Of a DNA stretch of 64,000 nucleotides, positions 1 to 10,012 are shown in pieces. The translations under genes and the position numbers were made by a program. The stretch comes from an uncultured Prevotella sp. (GTDB lineage Bacteria > Bacteroidota > Bacteroidia > Bacteroidales > Bacteroidaceae): NCBI GenBank assembly GCA_944319945.1, contig CALUFN010000003.1, forward strand, positions 4,101-68,100, read 5' to 3'. The notes beneath the pieces are model-generated. The model worked only from the letters and a program-made list of their open reading frames with translations, was not told the origin of the DNA and searched no databases. Numbering within the stretch: position 1 is the stretch's first letter; every line of letters starts with the position of its first letter.

Positions 1-724
1 ATTGTTGATAGTAATCGCGTGGAATGCCCGGTGCTCCTGCTATTACGGCTTGGTATTTGTCCGCGTAGCGCGAGGCTGCCTCTATCATGCTCGGTAGGTT
101 GTCTTTTATCTCCTGACGGCGGCTGCCCGGCACCAATGCGATGATTGAGCGGTCGGCCATAAGCGAGTTTTCGGCATAAAAGTGTTCAACGCTCTCGTTG
201 TAACTTTTCAAAAACTCGTTTACCTCGTCGGCCGTAGGGTTGCCCACGTAGTGGATTGGGTAGCCGTGCTTCTTTTCGTAGAAAGGCACCTCGAAAGGCA
301 GGATTGAGAACATCTCGTCAACGTCGCGCTTGATGTTCTTAATCCTGTGCTCCTTCCATGCCCATATCTTAGGCGAAATGTAATAGTAAACGGGTATTGA
401 CGTATTGGCATGTACGAATTTCGCAATGCCGAGGTTGAAGCCCGGGTAATCTACAAGAATCACCACGTCGGGCTGCCAACTTACGATGTCGCGCTTACAC
501 AGGGCCATGTTATTGAATATGGTCCTTAAGTGCAACAGCACCGGTATGAATCCCATGTAGGCGAGCTCGCGGTAATGTTTTACCTGCGTTCCTCCCACGG
601 CAGACATCATGTCGCCGCCGAAAAAGCGGAACTCCGCTTCCGCGTCAAGTCTTTTCAGCGAGCGCATCAGGTGCGAGGCGTGCAGGTCGCCGCTGGCTTC
701 GCCGACTATAAGGTAATATTTCAT
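1..724 (-). CDS. lpxB: Lipid-A-disaccharide synthase (3' end runs off the window)
   Basis: Manual translation from ATG at 724: MKYYLIVGEASGDLHASHLM...VILVDYPGFNL...YYYISPKIWAW...ILPFE...HYVGNP, the LpxB signature motifs. Missing from the ORF track because it has no stop in the window. Confidence 0.95.
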   Translation of the reverse strand, partial: MKYYLIVGEASGDLHASHLMRSLKRLDAEAEFRFFGGDMMSAVGGTQVKHYRELAYMGFIPVLLHLRTIFNNMALCKRDIVSWQPDVVILVDYPGFNLGIAKFVHANTSIPVYYYISPKIWAWKEHRIKNIKRDVDEMFSILPFEVPFYEKKHGYPIHYVGNPTADEVNEFLKSYNESVEHFYAENSLMADRSIIALVPGSRRQEIKDNLPSMIEAASRYADKYQAVIAGAPGIPRDYYQQ

Positions 725-799
725 TATCTCTTCATTATGAATATTAACTCTTCATAATGCCTAAACAGGTTGGCCCATTCGGCTTGCGGCCGTAGCGTG

Positions 800-1570
800 T
801 CACGAGTTTTGCATCAAGTTGTTAATTTGTTCGATTACTTCATGGGCCGTGACGTCTATCGTGGTGGGCGTTATCGCAACGTAGCCGTGGCGTAAGGCCC
901 AATTGTCAGTGTCTTCGGCTTCGGGCTCGTCGTTGGTGTATTGCCCTACAAGCCAAAAGTAGTCATAGCCGCGTGGATGATGTGCGCGAACTACCTCGTT
1001 GCCCCATGTTCCATGAGCCATTCGGCATGCTTTTACGCCTTTAAACTCTTTCGCCAATGGGAAGTTTACGTTCAGGCATACTCCTTTAGGCAGTCCGTCA
1101 CGCAAAACCCTTGATGTTATGGTTCTTACGTATTTGCGAAGCGGCTCAAAGTCGGCATCGTCGTCATGGTCGCACAGTGAGAATGCTACCGAAGGAATAT
1201 ATTTCATGCATCCTTCGCGCACCACTCCCATCGTGCCTGAGTAATGCGAGTTGACCGAGGCGTTGTCTCCGTGGTTTATGCCGCCGATTACTATTGCCGG
1301 CTTCCTTTGTTGGCAAAGTTCGCTCAAGGCGAGTTTCACACAGTCTACGGGTGTGCCGTTGCACGACCACATCTCCATACCTTCACGCTTGCGGCGCAGT
1401 TTCAGCCGTAGCGGAGTGGTGGCCGAGAACGCCGTTGAAAATCCGGAGCGCGCCGATTCGGGAGCGCAGACGAGAATGTCGCCGAAATCTGAAATCATGT
1501 CTACCAAAGAGTTTATACCCTTTGCGTGGTAGCCGTCGTCATTGGAAATAAGTATTAACGGTTTCATCAT
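800..1570 (-). CDS. surE: 5'/3'-nucleotidase SurE
   Basis: LISNDDGY, GTPVDCV, GINHGDN and YSGT motifs. Start could be 1576, 1570 or 1567. Confidence 0.95.
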   Translation of the reverse strand: MMKPLILISNDDGYHAKGINSLVDMISDFGDILVCAPESARSGFSTAFSATTPLRLKLRRKREGMEMWSCNGTPVDCVKLALSELCQQRKPAIVIGGINHGDNASVNSHYSGTMGVVREGCMKYIPSVAFSLCDHDDDADFEPLRKYVRTITSRVLRDGLPKGVCLNVNFPLAKEFKGVKACRMAHGTWGNEVVRAHHPRGYDYFWLVGQYTNDEPEAEDTDNWALRHGYVAITPTTIDVTAHEVIEQINNLMQNS

Positions 1571-1595
1571 TTTCATTAAAAATCATTTTCTTTCG

Positions 1596-1658
1596 CCTAC
1601 AAAAGTACGAAAAAAGGTTTAAATCAACCGTTTATCAAGTAAAATATGTATTTTTGCA
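1596..1658. promoter_or_regulatory. Divergent Bacteroidetes sigma-A -7 boxes for surE (minus) and parA (plus)
   Basis: TACTTTTG on the minus strand near 1600-1607 and TATTTTTGCA at 1649-1658 on plus both fit TAnnTTTG. Confidence 0.6.
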
Positions 1659-1834
1659 AAATAATTTTAGTGTCATTGAGATACAAGCAGGTGAGACGAG
1701 GCTGTCGAGGATGGCTTAATGCCGCTGAAACGGGTACGGATGCAGTTGGTAGGCCGCATGTTGATCCGTTTTTTCTGAACGGCTGAAAGTTTTTGTTTTC
1801 GTATGTTTACCGCTTGTCAACAATTATTGCAAAG

Positions 1835-2596
1835 ATGGGAAAAATAATCGCATTAGCAAACCAAAAGGGCGGTGTGGGTAAGACCACGACCACTATTAAT
1901 TTGGCGGCTTCGCTCGCAACATTGGAGAAAAAGGTTCTGGTAATCGATGCCGACCCGCAGGCCAACGCCTCGAGTGGCCTGGGTGTCAACACGAAAGACA
2001 TAGACTGCACTTTGTATGAATGTATTATAGACAACGCCGACGTGCACGATGCCGTCTACACGACCGACATAGACGGGCTGGACATAATCCCCAGCCACAT
2101 CGACCTCGTGGGCGCAGAGATCGAAATGCTTAATATCGAGCATAGGGAACAGGTGATAAAAAACTTGCTTGCTCCGATAAGGAATGATTACGACTTCATA
2201 CTGATTGACTGTTCGCCGTCGCTCGGCTTAATCACCGTGAATGCGCTGACCGCCGCCAATTCGGTGATAATCCCGGTGCAGTGTGAGTATTTCGCGCTCG
2301 AAGGTATAAGCAAATTGCTCAATACCATAAAGATAATCAAAAGCAAACTCAATCCGAAACTTGAGATAGAAGGATTCTTGCTGACGATGTATGACAGCCG
2401 ACTGAAACTGGCCAACCAAATATACGACGAGGTGAAACGCCACTTCCAGGAGCTTGTCTTCAAGACGGTGATACAGCGTAATGTCAAGCTGAGCGAATCG
2501 CCGAGCCACGGCCTGCCGGTAATACTTTATGATGCAGACTCGACCGGAAGTAAAAACCACTTGGCTTTGGCGAAAGAGATAATTAATAAAAATTAG
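1835..2596 (+). CDS. parA: Chromosome partitioning ATPase ParA/Soj
   Basis: MGKIIALANQKGGVGKTTT deviant Walker A, IDADPQ, DCSPSLG. Likely start is ATG 1835 within ORF 1793-2596. Confidence 0.97.
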   Translation: MGKIIALANQKGGVGKTTTTINLAASLATLEKKVLVIDADPQANASSGLGVNTKDIDCTLYECIIDNADVHDAVYTTDIDGLDIIPSHIDLVGAEIEMLNIEHREQVIKNLLAPIRNDYDFILIDCSPSLGLITVNALTAANSVIIPVQCEYFALEGISKLLNTIKIIKSKLNPKLEIEGFLLTMYDSRLKLANQIYDEVKRHFQELVFKTVIQRNVKLSESPSHGLPVILYDADSTGSKNHLALAKEIINKN

Positions 2597-2733
2597 GTCG
2601 TAAGGTCGTGAATATGTCCGATACGGTCGTGCGTGGAGCTGACACGTTGGTGTTTAGCTCGAGGTGCCTAAATTTATGCCGAGACCGTGAACGACAGCAG
2701 GACCGTATTACCTTATAATTTCACATAATCGAC

Positions 2734-3633
2734 ATGGCAGTAAAAAAGAGATATGGCAACGCTCTCGGGCGCGGACTTGACGCTTTGATTTCCACCGACG
2801 AGGTGCGCCCGCAGGGTAGTTCGACGATAAATGAGATTCCGATAGAACAAATTGAGGCCAACCCCAACCAGCCTCGCCGTGAGTTCGACCAAAATGCGCT
2901 TCAGGAACTGGCAAACAGCATACGCGAGATAGGCATAATACAGCCGATAACCTTGCGCCAGATTGAGGTGAACCGATTCCAGATAATAGCCGGCGAACGC
3001 CGGTGGAGGGCTTCTCAGATGGCGGGCTTGAGGGCAATTCCGGCCTACATCCGTACTATTAAGGATGAGAACATAATGGAAATGGCTCTCGTCGAGAACA
3101 TCCAGCGTGAAGACCTTAACGCAATAGAGATAGCTTTGGCGTATGAGCATTTGATGTCAAGCACCGGGATGACACAGGAGAAAGTGTCCGAGCGTGTAGG
3201 TAAGAGCCGTACCGCCATTGCCAACTATTTAAGATTGCTGAAGTTGCCGGCCCAAGTGCAGATGGCTCTGCAGAACAAGGAGATAGACATGGGGCACGCA
3301 CGTGCGCTGTTGGCCGTTGACAGTCCGTCGTTGCAGGTCAAGCTGTTTAAGGAGATACAAAAGAACGGATACTCCGTGCGCAAGGTTGAAGAGATGGTGC
3401 AGAAGTTGAAGAACGGCGAAGACATTGTAAGCGGAAAGAAGAAGATCGCGTCGAAGCAACAGATGCCTGAAGAGTTCACCGCCCTGAGGCAAAGGCTTTC
3501 TGACTTTTTCAGCACTCCGGTGCAGATGTCGTTTGCAGCCAACGGGAAAGGCAAGATAAGCATTCCGTTCTCGAATGAACAAGAGCTGGAACAAATAATA
3601 AATATGTTCGACAAACTGAAAGAACAGCAGTAA
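2734..3633 (+). CDS. parB: Chromosome partitioning protein ParB/Spo0J
   Basis: ALGRGLDALI N-terminus, NPNQPRREF, IIAGERRWRA, ENIQREDLN, HTH; follows parA. Confidence 0.97.
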   Translation: MAVKKRYGNALGRGLDALISTDEVRPQGSSTINEIPIEQIEANPNQPRREFDQNALQELANSIREIGIIQPITLRQIEVNRFQIIAGERRWRASQMAGLRAIPAYIRTIKDENIMEMALVENIQREDLNAIEIALAYEHLMSSTGMTQEKVSERVGKSRTAIANYLRLLKLPAQVQMALQNKEIDMGHARALLAVDSPSLQVKLFKEIQKNGYSVRKVEEMVQKLKNGEDIVSGKKKIASKQQMPEEFTALRQRLSDFFSTPVQMSFAANGKGKISIPFSNEQELEQIINMFDKLKEQQ

Positions 3634-3637
3634 GATT

Positions 3638-4423
3638 GTGGATAATAATAAAAGACTGTTCGTGTCCATGCGGGCAAGGATGGCGGCCGTTTTCGTGTTG
3701 CTTGCGGCCGTTCTGCCGTGCGGGGCTATGGATTTGTACGTCGTCCCGTATGTTGCGATGGACGATTCGGTAGGCAATATCGAAAAAGACGCATATCCTG
3801 AGCTTAATGATTCGGTCGCTAAAATCGTATCGGCGGTTGATTCGGCCAGTCTTGACAATGTCGGTAAGGTAGACTCGGTTATAGTTGAACGGAAGAAGGA
3901 AAAGCGCGATTGGTCGACATGGCGTCCGAGTGCCAAGCGTGCAATGTGGCTTGCCATTGTAATACCGGGAGCCGGCCAGATATATAATCGCAAATATTGG
4001 AAACTGCCCATTGTCTACGGCGGTTTTGTTGGATGCTTCTATGCGATAAGATGGAACAATCAGATGTTTCGCGATTATTCGCAGGCGTATATGGACATAA
4101 TGGACAACGACCCTAATACGCAGAGTTACAATCAGTTTTTACATCTCGGAGTGACGATTACTCCTGAGAATACCGAACATTATCAAGATCTGTTCAGGCG
4201 GCGTAAGGACTTCTACCGTAGGTATCGCGACTTAAGCGTGTTCATCCTTGTCGGCGTTTATGCCTTGTCCGTTATCGACGCTTATGTTGATGCGTCGTTA
4301 TCCGAGTTCGACATATCGCCTGACTTGAGCCTTAAGATCGAGCCTGCCGTGTTAAACAACGGTACGTCGATGAATCCGTTGAAGTCGTCGTCGCTCGGTT
4401 TCCAATGTCTGTTTACATTCTGA
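3638..4423 (+). CDS. DUF5683-family protein
   Basis: PSAKRAMWLAIVIPGAGQIYNRKYWKLPIVYGG and SVIDAYVDASL are typical of this family; usual Bacteroidetes position after parB. Confidence 0.8.
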   Translation: MDNNKRLFVSMRARMAAVFVLLAAVLPCGAMDLYVVPYVAMDDSVGNIEKDAYPELNDSVAKIVSAVDSASLDNVGKVDSVIVERKKEKRDWSTWRPSAKRAMWLAIVIPGAGQIYNRKYWKLPIVYGGFVGCFYAIRWNNQMFRDYSQAYMDIMDNDPNTQSYNQFLHLGVTITPENTEHYQDLFRRRKDFYRRYRDLSVFILVGVYALSVIDAYVDASLSEFDISPDLSLKIEPAVLNNGTSMNPLKSSSLGFQCLFTF

Positions 4424-4465
4424 GGTCTAACCATTATATAATTTGATGATACTTGTATAATTAAT

Positions 4466-5779
4466 ATGAAGAAAAAACTTTTAACCGTTATCGCCGCAAT
4501 AGTTCTCGGAGGCAACTGCGTGACGCAGGCTCAGAACGAGGAGGAAATCACTGTGACCGACAGTGACGGCAAGGAAGAGATTATCGATGTGCCTGAAGCA
4601 ATGAATTACGAGGTGGACAGCCTCTTGAACTTATATTACTCGAAAACTTATCTACAACCGGATAATGATTGCAATTTACGTGACGAAAACGTAAGTTACC
4701 CTAAGGACGTATATATTGAAAGACTGGGGCGTCTGCCAAATGTTATGGAGATGCCTTATAACGACATCGTTCAGAAGTTCATCGACCGCTACACGGGGCG
4801 TCTGCGCCATTCCGTCAGTTACATGCTCGGCGCGTCTAATTTCTACACGCCGATATTCGAGGAGGCTCTTGAGGCTTACGGGCTGCCGCTCGAATTGAAA
4901 TATCTTCCGGTGATAGAGTCTGCGCTTAATCCTCAGGCCACATCGCGTGTGGGAGCGGCCGGCTTATGGCAGTTTATGGTGGCTACGGGTAAGCAATACG
5001 GGCTTGAGGTTAACTCTTTGGTTGACGAACGGCGCGATCCTATTAAGTCTTCTTACGCCGCCGCCCAGTATCTTAGGGATTTGTATAAGATATTCGGCGA
5101 CTGGAGTTTGGTTATCGCTGCATATAATTGTGGTCCGGAGAATATTAACAAAGCGATCCACCGTGCCGGCGGAGAGGCCGATTATTGGAAGATTTATCCT
5201 TACCTGCCCCGTGAAACGAGAGGATATGTTCCGGCTTTCATCGCCGCCAACTACGTGATGAATTATTATTGCGAGCATAATATCTGCCCGATGCGTACCG
5301 AGCTGCCGGCAAAGACGGATACCATAATCGTAAGCAAGGACGTGCATCTCCAGCAGATAGCCGAGGTCTGCGGCATTAACATCGACGAGCTGCGCACCCT
5401 AAACCCGCAATACCGCCGCGACATAGTGAACGGGAGTAACAAGCCTTCGATAATCCGCATGCCGGCGACGGCTACCAACACGTTTATCGCAAACGAGGAT
5501 TCAATCTACAAGTATAAGGCCGAGACGTTGTTTACAAGGCGCTCGCTGGTCGAGGTTGATAACAATACCGGCTCAAGCGTGTCAAGCAAAAGTTCGACTA
5601 AGAAAAAGAGCAGCGCACGTAAGAGAAGGCGCACAAGGGTGAAGAGGGTTACAATCAGGCAAGGCGACACCTTGTCGGAGATAGCAGAGCGCAACCATAC
5701 CACCGTAAGGAAATTGCGCCAACTTAACGGCATAAAAGGCAACAACATCCGCGCAGGAAAGAAAATCAGGGTTAGATGA
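4466..5779 (+). CDS. mltD: Membrane-bound lytic murein transglycosylase D-like (SLT + LysM)
   Basis: LPVIESALNP, GAAGLWQFM, AAYNCG and ETRGYVP SLT motifs; C-terminal LysM (IRQGDTLSEIA...LRQLNGI). Confidence 0.9.
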   Translation: MKKKLLTVIAAIVLGGNCVTQAQNEEEITVTDSDGKEEIIDVPEAMNYEVDSLLNLYYSKTYLQPDNDCNLRDENVSYPKDVYIERLGRLPNVMEMPYNDIVQKFIDRYTGRLRHSVSYMLGASNFYTPIFEEALEAYGLPLELKYLPVIESALNPQATSRVGAAGLWQFMVATGKQYGLEVNSLVDERRDPIKSSYAAAQYLRDLYKIFGDWSLVIAAYNCGPENINKAIHRAGGEADYWKIYPYLPRETRGYVPAFIAANYVMNYYCEHNICPMRTELPAKTDTIIVSKDVHLQQIAEVCGINIDELRTLNPQYRRDIVNGSNKPSIIRMPATATNTFIANEDSIYKYKAETLFTRRSLVEVDNNTGSSVSSKSSTKKKSSARKRRRTRVKRVTIRQGDTLSEIAERNHTTVRKLRQLNGIKGNNIRAGKKIRVR

Positions 5780-5839
5780 CATCGGCTCATGGCCGTGTCG
5801 ACATATCACCTTATTATATAATATCAAAAGAACACGATT

Positions 5840-8116
5840 ATGGAGGAGCAAAATAATATCGATAAAGTCCGTGAGATGGCTGAGGAGAAATTGGTAAACG
5901 GTGCTTTCCAGCATCTGTTAGACAGCTATTTGGAGACTCGTCATCGTAAGAAGGTGGATCTGATAACGAAAGCCTTTAATTTTGCTAAGCAGGCACATAA
6001 GGGCGTGCGCCGTTTGTCGGGAGAGCCGTATATAATGCATCCGATAGCGGTGGCTCAGATAGCCTGCTCGGAAATGGGGCTCGGGTCTACCAGCATCAGT
6101 GCTGCGCTGCTTCACGACGTAGTCGAGGATACCGACTATACGGTAGAGGACATTGAAAACATTTTCGGTCACAAGATTGCCCAGATTGTAGACGGACTGA
6201 CAAAAATATCAGGCGGAATATTCGGCGAGCAGGCTTCGGCGCAGGCTGAGAACTTTAAGAAGTTGCTCCTTACCATGAGCGATGACATACGTGTCATACT
6301 GATAAAGATCTGCGACCGCCTGCACAATATGCGCACGCTGGAGAGCCAGCCTGCCAACAAGCAGTATAAGATAGCCGGAGAAACGTTGTATATATATGCT
6401 CCGCTTGCCAACAGGCTAGGGCTGAACAAGATAAAGACCGAACTTGAGAACCTAAGTTTCAAGTTCGAGCATCCAGAGGCTTACAAGGCCATTGAAGACC
6501 AGCTTGCCGACACCCAGGCGTCGCGCGACACTTTGTTTGCCGACTTTACGGCCCCGATACGCGAGGCGCTTGACAAGATGGGGCTTGAGTATGAAATCAA
6601 GGCCCGTGTAAAGAGTCCTTATTCCATTTGGAATAAGATGCAAAACAAGCATGTTACTTTCGAGCAGATTTACGACATTTTGGCCGTAAGGATCATCTTT
6701 AAGCCTAAGAAGCGTGAAGAGGAGGTCAACGAATGTTTTAACATATACGTTGCGATAAGCCAAATATACAAGTCGCATCCCGACCGCCTGCGCGATTGGG
6801 TCAATCATCCTAAAGCCAACGGATATCAGGCTTTGCACGTAACGCTGATGAGCAGGCAGGGCCGATGGATAGAGGTGCAGATACGTTCAGACCGTATGGA
6901 CGAGATTGCCGAGCAGGGCTTCGCCGCGCATTGGAAATATAAGGAAGGCGAAGAGATCACCGAAGACGACGGCGAGCTGAACAACTGGCTGCGCACAATC
7001 AAGGAGATACTTGACGACCCGCAGCCTGACGCAATGGATTTCCTTGACGCTATAAAGCTGAACCTTTTCGCCTCTGAGATATTCGTGTTTACTCCGAAGG
7101 GCGAGATAAAGACGATGCCAGCCGGATGTACGGTGCTTGACTTTGCCTTCCAGATACATACTTTCCTCGGCAGCCATTGCATCGGCGCAAAGGTAAACCA
7201 TAAGCTCGTGCCGTTGAGCCACAAGCTGCAGAGCGGCGACCAGGTGGAAGTGCTCACTTCAAACTCGCAGCACGTGCAGCCGGCATGGATAAATTTTGCT
7301 TTCACGGCTAAGGCGAAGGGAAAGATACAGGCTATACTAAGGCGTGAAGCCAAAGAGCTGCAGAAGAAGGGTGAGGAGGTGCTTAACGAGTTTCTTACGA
7401 AAAATTCGCTTGAGTTCAGTTCGTCGGTCGTAGACAAGCTCTGCGCATTCCACGAGGTGCAAAAGCCTGAGACGCTATTCCGTGCTCTTGGTGATAAGAC
7501 TATCATACTCGGCGACAAGGACGTAGACGAGCTTACGGGTAAAAAGAAGAAGCCTGCTATCACGGGCGGTTGGCGCAAGTTTGTCCCCTTCGTCGGCAAA
7601 GATAAGAAGAAAGGCGGAGATAACGCCAAGAAGCAGAGTTATTTCACCGTGAAAGAAGGTTTCAATCGTAAGAAACCGATTTTCATTACCGACGAGAACA
7701 TAGGTCAGTTCATCTTCCCTACGTGCTGCCATCCTATTCCCGGCGACGACGCGCTCGGCTTCATCGACGGCATGAACCACATAGAGATACATAAGCGTTC
7801 GTGTCCGGTGGCGGCCAAGCTGAAGGCCGGTTTCGGCAACCGCATTCTCGATGCGAAATGGGACATGCACCGTCAGCTTTTCTTTGACGCCACCATTGAG
7901 ATAAAGGGCACCGACCGTATCGGAATATTGAACGAGGTTACCCAGGTGATTTCCGAGGAGCTTAACGTCAACATACATAAGATCACCGTGTCGTGTGAGG
8001 AAGGCATATTTGACGGAACAATCGAGCTGCGCATACACGACCGCGACGACGTTAAGAACATAATAGGAAAACTGAAGGAAATCAACGGGATTCAAGAGAT
8101 TATACAAGTAGTGTAA
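5840..8116 (+). CDS. relA: Bifunctional (p)ppGpp synthetase/hydrolase, RelA/SpoT family
   Basis: SGEPYIMHP, intact LLHDVVED hydrolase motif, RVKSPYS, GYQALH, EVQIR, TGS domain (VFTPKGE) and C-terminal ACT. Confidence 0.95.
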   Translation: MEEQNNIDKVREMAEEKLVNGAFQHLLDSYLETRHRKKVDLITKAFNFAKQAHKGVRRLSGEPYIMHPIAVAQIACSEMGLGSTSISAALLHDVVEDTDYTVEDIENIFGHKIAQIVDGLTKISGGIFGEQASAQAENFKKLLLTMSDDIRVILIKICDRLHNMRTLESQPANKQYKIAGETLYIYAPLANRLGLNKIKTELENLSFKFEHPEAYKAIEDQLADTQASRDTLFADFTAPIREALDKMGLEYEIKARVKSPYSIWNKMQNKHVTFEQIYDILAVRIIFKPKKREEEVNECFNIYVAISQIYKSHPDRLRDWVNHPKANGYQALHVTLMSRQGRWIEVQIRSDRMDEIAEQGFAAHWKYKEGEEITEDDGELNNWLRTIKEILDDPQPDAMDFLDAIKLNLFASEIFVFTPKGEIKTMPAGCTVLDFAFQIHTFLGSHCIGAKVNHKLVPLSHKLQSGDQVEVLTSNSQHVQPAWINFAFTAKAKGKIQAILRREAKELQKKGEEVLNEFLTKNSLEFSSSVVDKLCAFHEVQKPETLFRALGDKTIILGDKDVDELTGKKKKPAITGGWRKFVPFVGKDKKKGGDNAKKQSYFTVKEGFNRKKPIFITDENIGQFIFPTCCHPIPGDDALGFIDGMNHIEIHKRSCPVAAKLKAGFGNRILDAKWDMHRQLFFDATIEIKGTDRIGILNEVTQVISEELNVNIHKITVSCEEGIFDGTIELRIHDRDDVKNIIGKLKEINGIQEIIQVV

Positions 8117-8145
8117 AGGGAAATGGTAAAAAAGTAAAACCCCAC

Positions 8146-8210
8146 AACCGTATAACCTCAAACCGTATAACCTCAAACCGTATAACCTCAAACCCCTAAA
8201 ACCGTATAAC
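8146..8210 (+). repeat. Tandem repeat: 3 perfect copies of AACCGTATAACCTCA (8146-8190) plus a partial copy
   Basis: Read directly from the relA-pectinesterase spacer. Confidence 0.95.
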
Positions 8211-8221
8211 TGAAATAAACG

Positions 8222-9202
8222 ATGAAGAAGATTTTTATTACATTATTTGCCGTAATTTGCGCCTTGACATCGGTCAAGGCGGCCAATCCTTATGATAATC
8301 CGGACACGTTGTTCGTATCAAGAGACGGCACGGGACAATTTCGCACCATTGGCGAAGCCGTAGAAGTATGCCGTGCGTTTATGGAATATCATAAGGTGAT
8401 ATACGTGAAAAACGGAGTGTATAAGGAAAAACTCACAATACCGTCGTGGCTCACCAATATCGAGATATGCGGCGAGAGCAAGGAGAACACGATAATAACT
8501 TATGACGACCATGCCAACATCCGCCTGCCGCTGACTAACCAGCCGATGGGCACTTTCCGTACTTATACGGTCAAGGTGGAGGGTAGCGACATAACGTTTA
8601 AGAACATCACGATAGAAAACAACGCCGCCAAATTAGGGCAGGCCGTAGCCCTTCACACCGAGGGCGACCGTCTCGTGTTCGTGAATTGCCGTCTGTTGGG
8701 TAACCAAGACACCATTTATACGGGTGTCGGCGACACCCGCCTTTACTTCAAGGATTGCTACGTCGAGGGTACTACCGACTTCATCTTCGGCCCGTCTACT
8801 GCGTGGTTTGAGAATTGCACGATACACAGCAAGCAAAACTCATACGTCACGGCCGCGTCCACTCCGCAGTCAACGCCTTACGGCTACGTGTTCAACCACT
8901 GTAAGTTGACCGCAGCCGACGGGGTGACGAAGGTGTATCTCGGCCGTCCGTGGCGGCCTTACGCCTACACGTTGTTTATGAATTGCGAACTCGGAGCGCA
9001 TATTGTTCCCGCCGGATGGCACAACTGGGGCAACGCCTCCAACGAGCATACGGCCCGTTACCTGGAATACGGCAACACCGGAGCCGGTGCTAAGGCCGGT
9101 GAAAGGGCGCAGTGGAGCCGGCAGCTCACCAAGAAGGACGCAGCCGAGGTGACGCTTGAAAACGTTTTTAAGATGGATACCGCTTGGCTGCCTGAGCTTT
9201 AG
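8222..9202 (+). CDS. Pectinesterase (CE8) with signal peptide
   Basis: VSRDGTGQFRTI, GVYKEK, QAVALH, GNQDTIY, GTTDFIFG, LGRPW and YLEYGNTG motifs. Confidence 0.93.
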   Translation: MKKIFITLFAVICALTSVKAANPYDNPDTLFVSRDGTGQFRTIGEAVEVCRAFMEYHKVIYVKNGVYKEKLTIPSWLTNIEICGESKENTIITYDDHANIRLPLTNQPMGTFRTYTVKVEGSDITFKNITIENNAAKLGQAVALHTEGDRLVFVNCRLLGNQDTIYTGVGDTRLYFKDCYVEGTTDFIFGPSTAWFENCTIHSKQNSYVTAASTPQSTPYGYVFNHCKLTAADGVTKVYLGRPWRPYAYTLFMNCELGAHIVPAGWHNWGNASNEHTARYLEYGNTGAGAKAGERAQWSRQLTKKDAAEVTLENVFKMDTAWLPEL

Positions 9203-9234
9203 CGTGTTGAAATGATTTAACAATCAGGCGGTCG

Positions 9235-9293
9235 GACAAGGAGATTTGCGGCATCGGCTAATTGGTCGTTGATATGGAGCAAATCTCCTTGTC
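9235..9293. terminator. 15-bp inverted repeat between convergent genes, probable bidirectional terminator
   Basis: GACAAGGAGATTTGC (9235-9249) and GCAAATCTCCTTGTC (9279-9293). Confidence 0.6.
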
Positions 9294-9310
9294 TGTTTAT
9301 CATTACGGGT

Positions 9311-9658
9311 TCACTCCAGATAATCCAACTGCTTTTTCAGCTCTTTCAGTTCGTCGCGCACGCGTATGAGGCTTTCCATCAGGCGTGCGTTGTCGTCCAC
9401 GCCCTGTCTGTTTTCGCGCAGCATCTTGCGTGCGGCAGCTATCTTGAAGCCGCGCACCTTGACAAGGTTGTACACCGCCTTGACGTTCTCAATGTCGGCT
9501 TCGGTATATTGGCGCACGTTGTTGCCCGTAGTTTTGGGCTTGAGCATGGGTATCTCTTTTTCCCAAAAGCGCAACATGCTTTCCGATATGCCTATCATAT
9601 CGGCCACTTCCTTGATTGAGTAATATAGTTTCAGGTTCTTGTCCGTGTTGAGTGCCAT
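9311..9658 (-). CDS. MerR-family transcriptional regulator
   Basis: YYSIKEVADMIGISESMLRFWEKE...RQYTEADI MerR HTH. Confidence 0.9.
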   Translation of the reverse strand: MALNTDKNLKLYYSIKEVADMIGISESMLRFWEKEIPMLKPKTTGNNVRQYTEADIENVKAVYNLVKVRGFKIAAARKMLRENRQGVDDNARLMESLIRVRDELKELKKQLDYLE

Positions 9659-9670
9659 AAGCGGTGGGTT

Positions 9671-10012
9671 TTATTTCAGTCCGTTCTTTACTTAGCAGTT
9701 CGTCTATTTCCTTTGCCGTAATGTTGTTGCGCTCCGTCTTGTCGTAGATGTAGAGAAGGTTGACTTCCGTCTCATCCAGGCGGCGATGACCGTAAAGGTG
9801 ATGATTCTTGCTCCGCCGCCCTTACCTTTTCCTTTCGACGCAATGCGCATGCGTATTTTGCGCACCCCGCCTCCGAGGTCGGTGCCGAGCTGCGGGTTGG
9901 TGTGAAGCTCGTCAAGCAAACAGGCATAATCGTCTGTAATAGAGGCGTAACGCTTGCCTAACCGCTTAAGTTCCTTCTCAAACGAGCGGGCTGTCTTTAT
10001 TCTATATTCCAT
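9671..10012 (-). pseudogene. RelE/ParE-superfamily (HigB-like) toxin with two opposite 1-nt frameshifts
   Basis: N-terminal MEYRIKTARSFEKELKRL...GGGVRKIRMRIASKGKGKGGGARIITF. After about 9780 the expected tail (DETEVNLLYIYDKTERNNITAKEIDELL) is in another frame, and a second slip near 9692 would restore KNGLK-stop. Confidence 0.8.

Noticed and set aside
1735-1795. Hairpin plus T-run in the parA leader as an attenuator
   Set aside because: Only a 6-bp closing stem (ACGGAT/ATCCGT) with a large irregular interior; too weak to support without comparative data.
1576-3633. parS site or oriC near parA-parB
   Set aside because: I did not spot TGTTTCACGTGAAACA-like palindromes or clustered TTATCCACA DnaA boxes by eye in the intergenic regions; coding regions were not exhaustively scanned.
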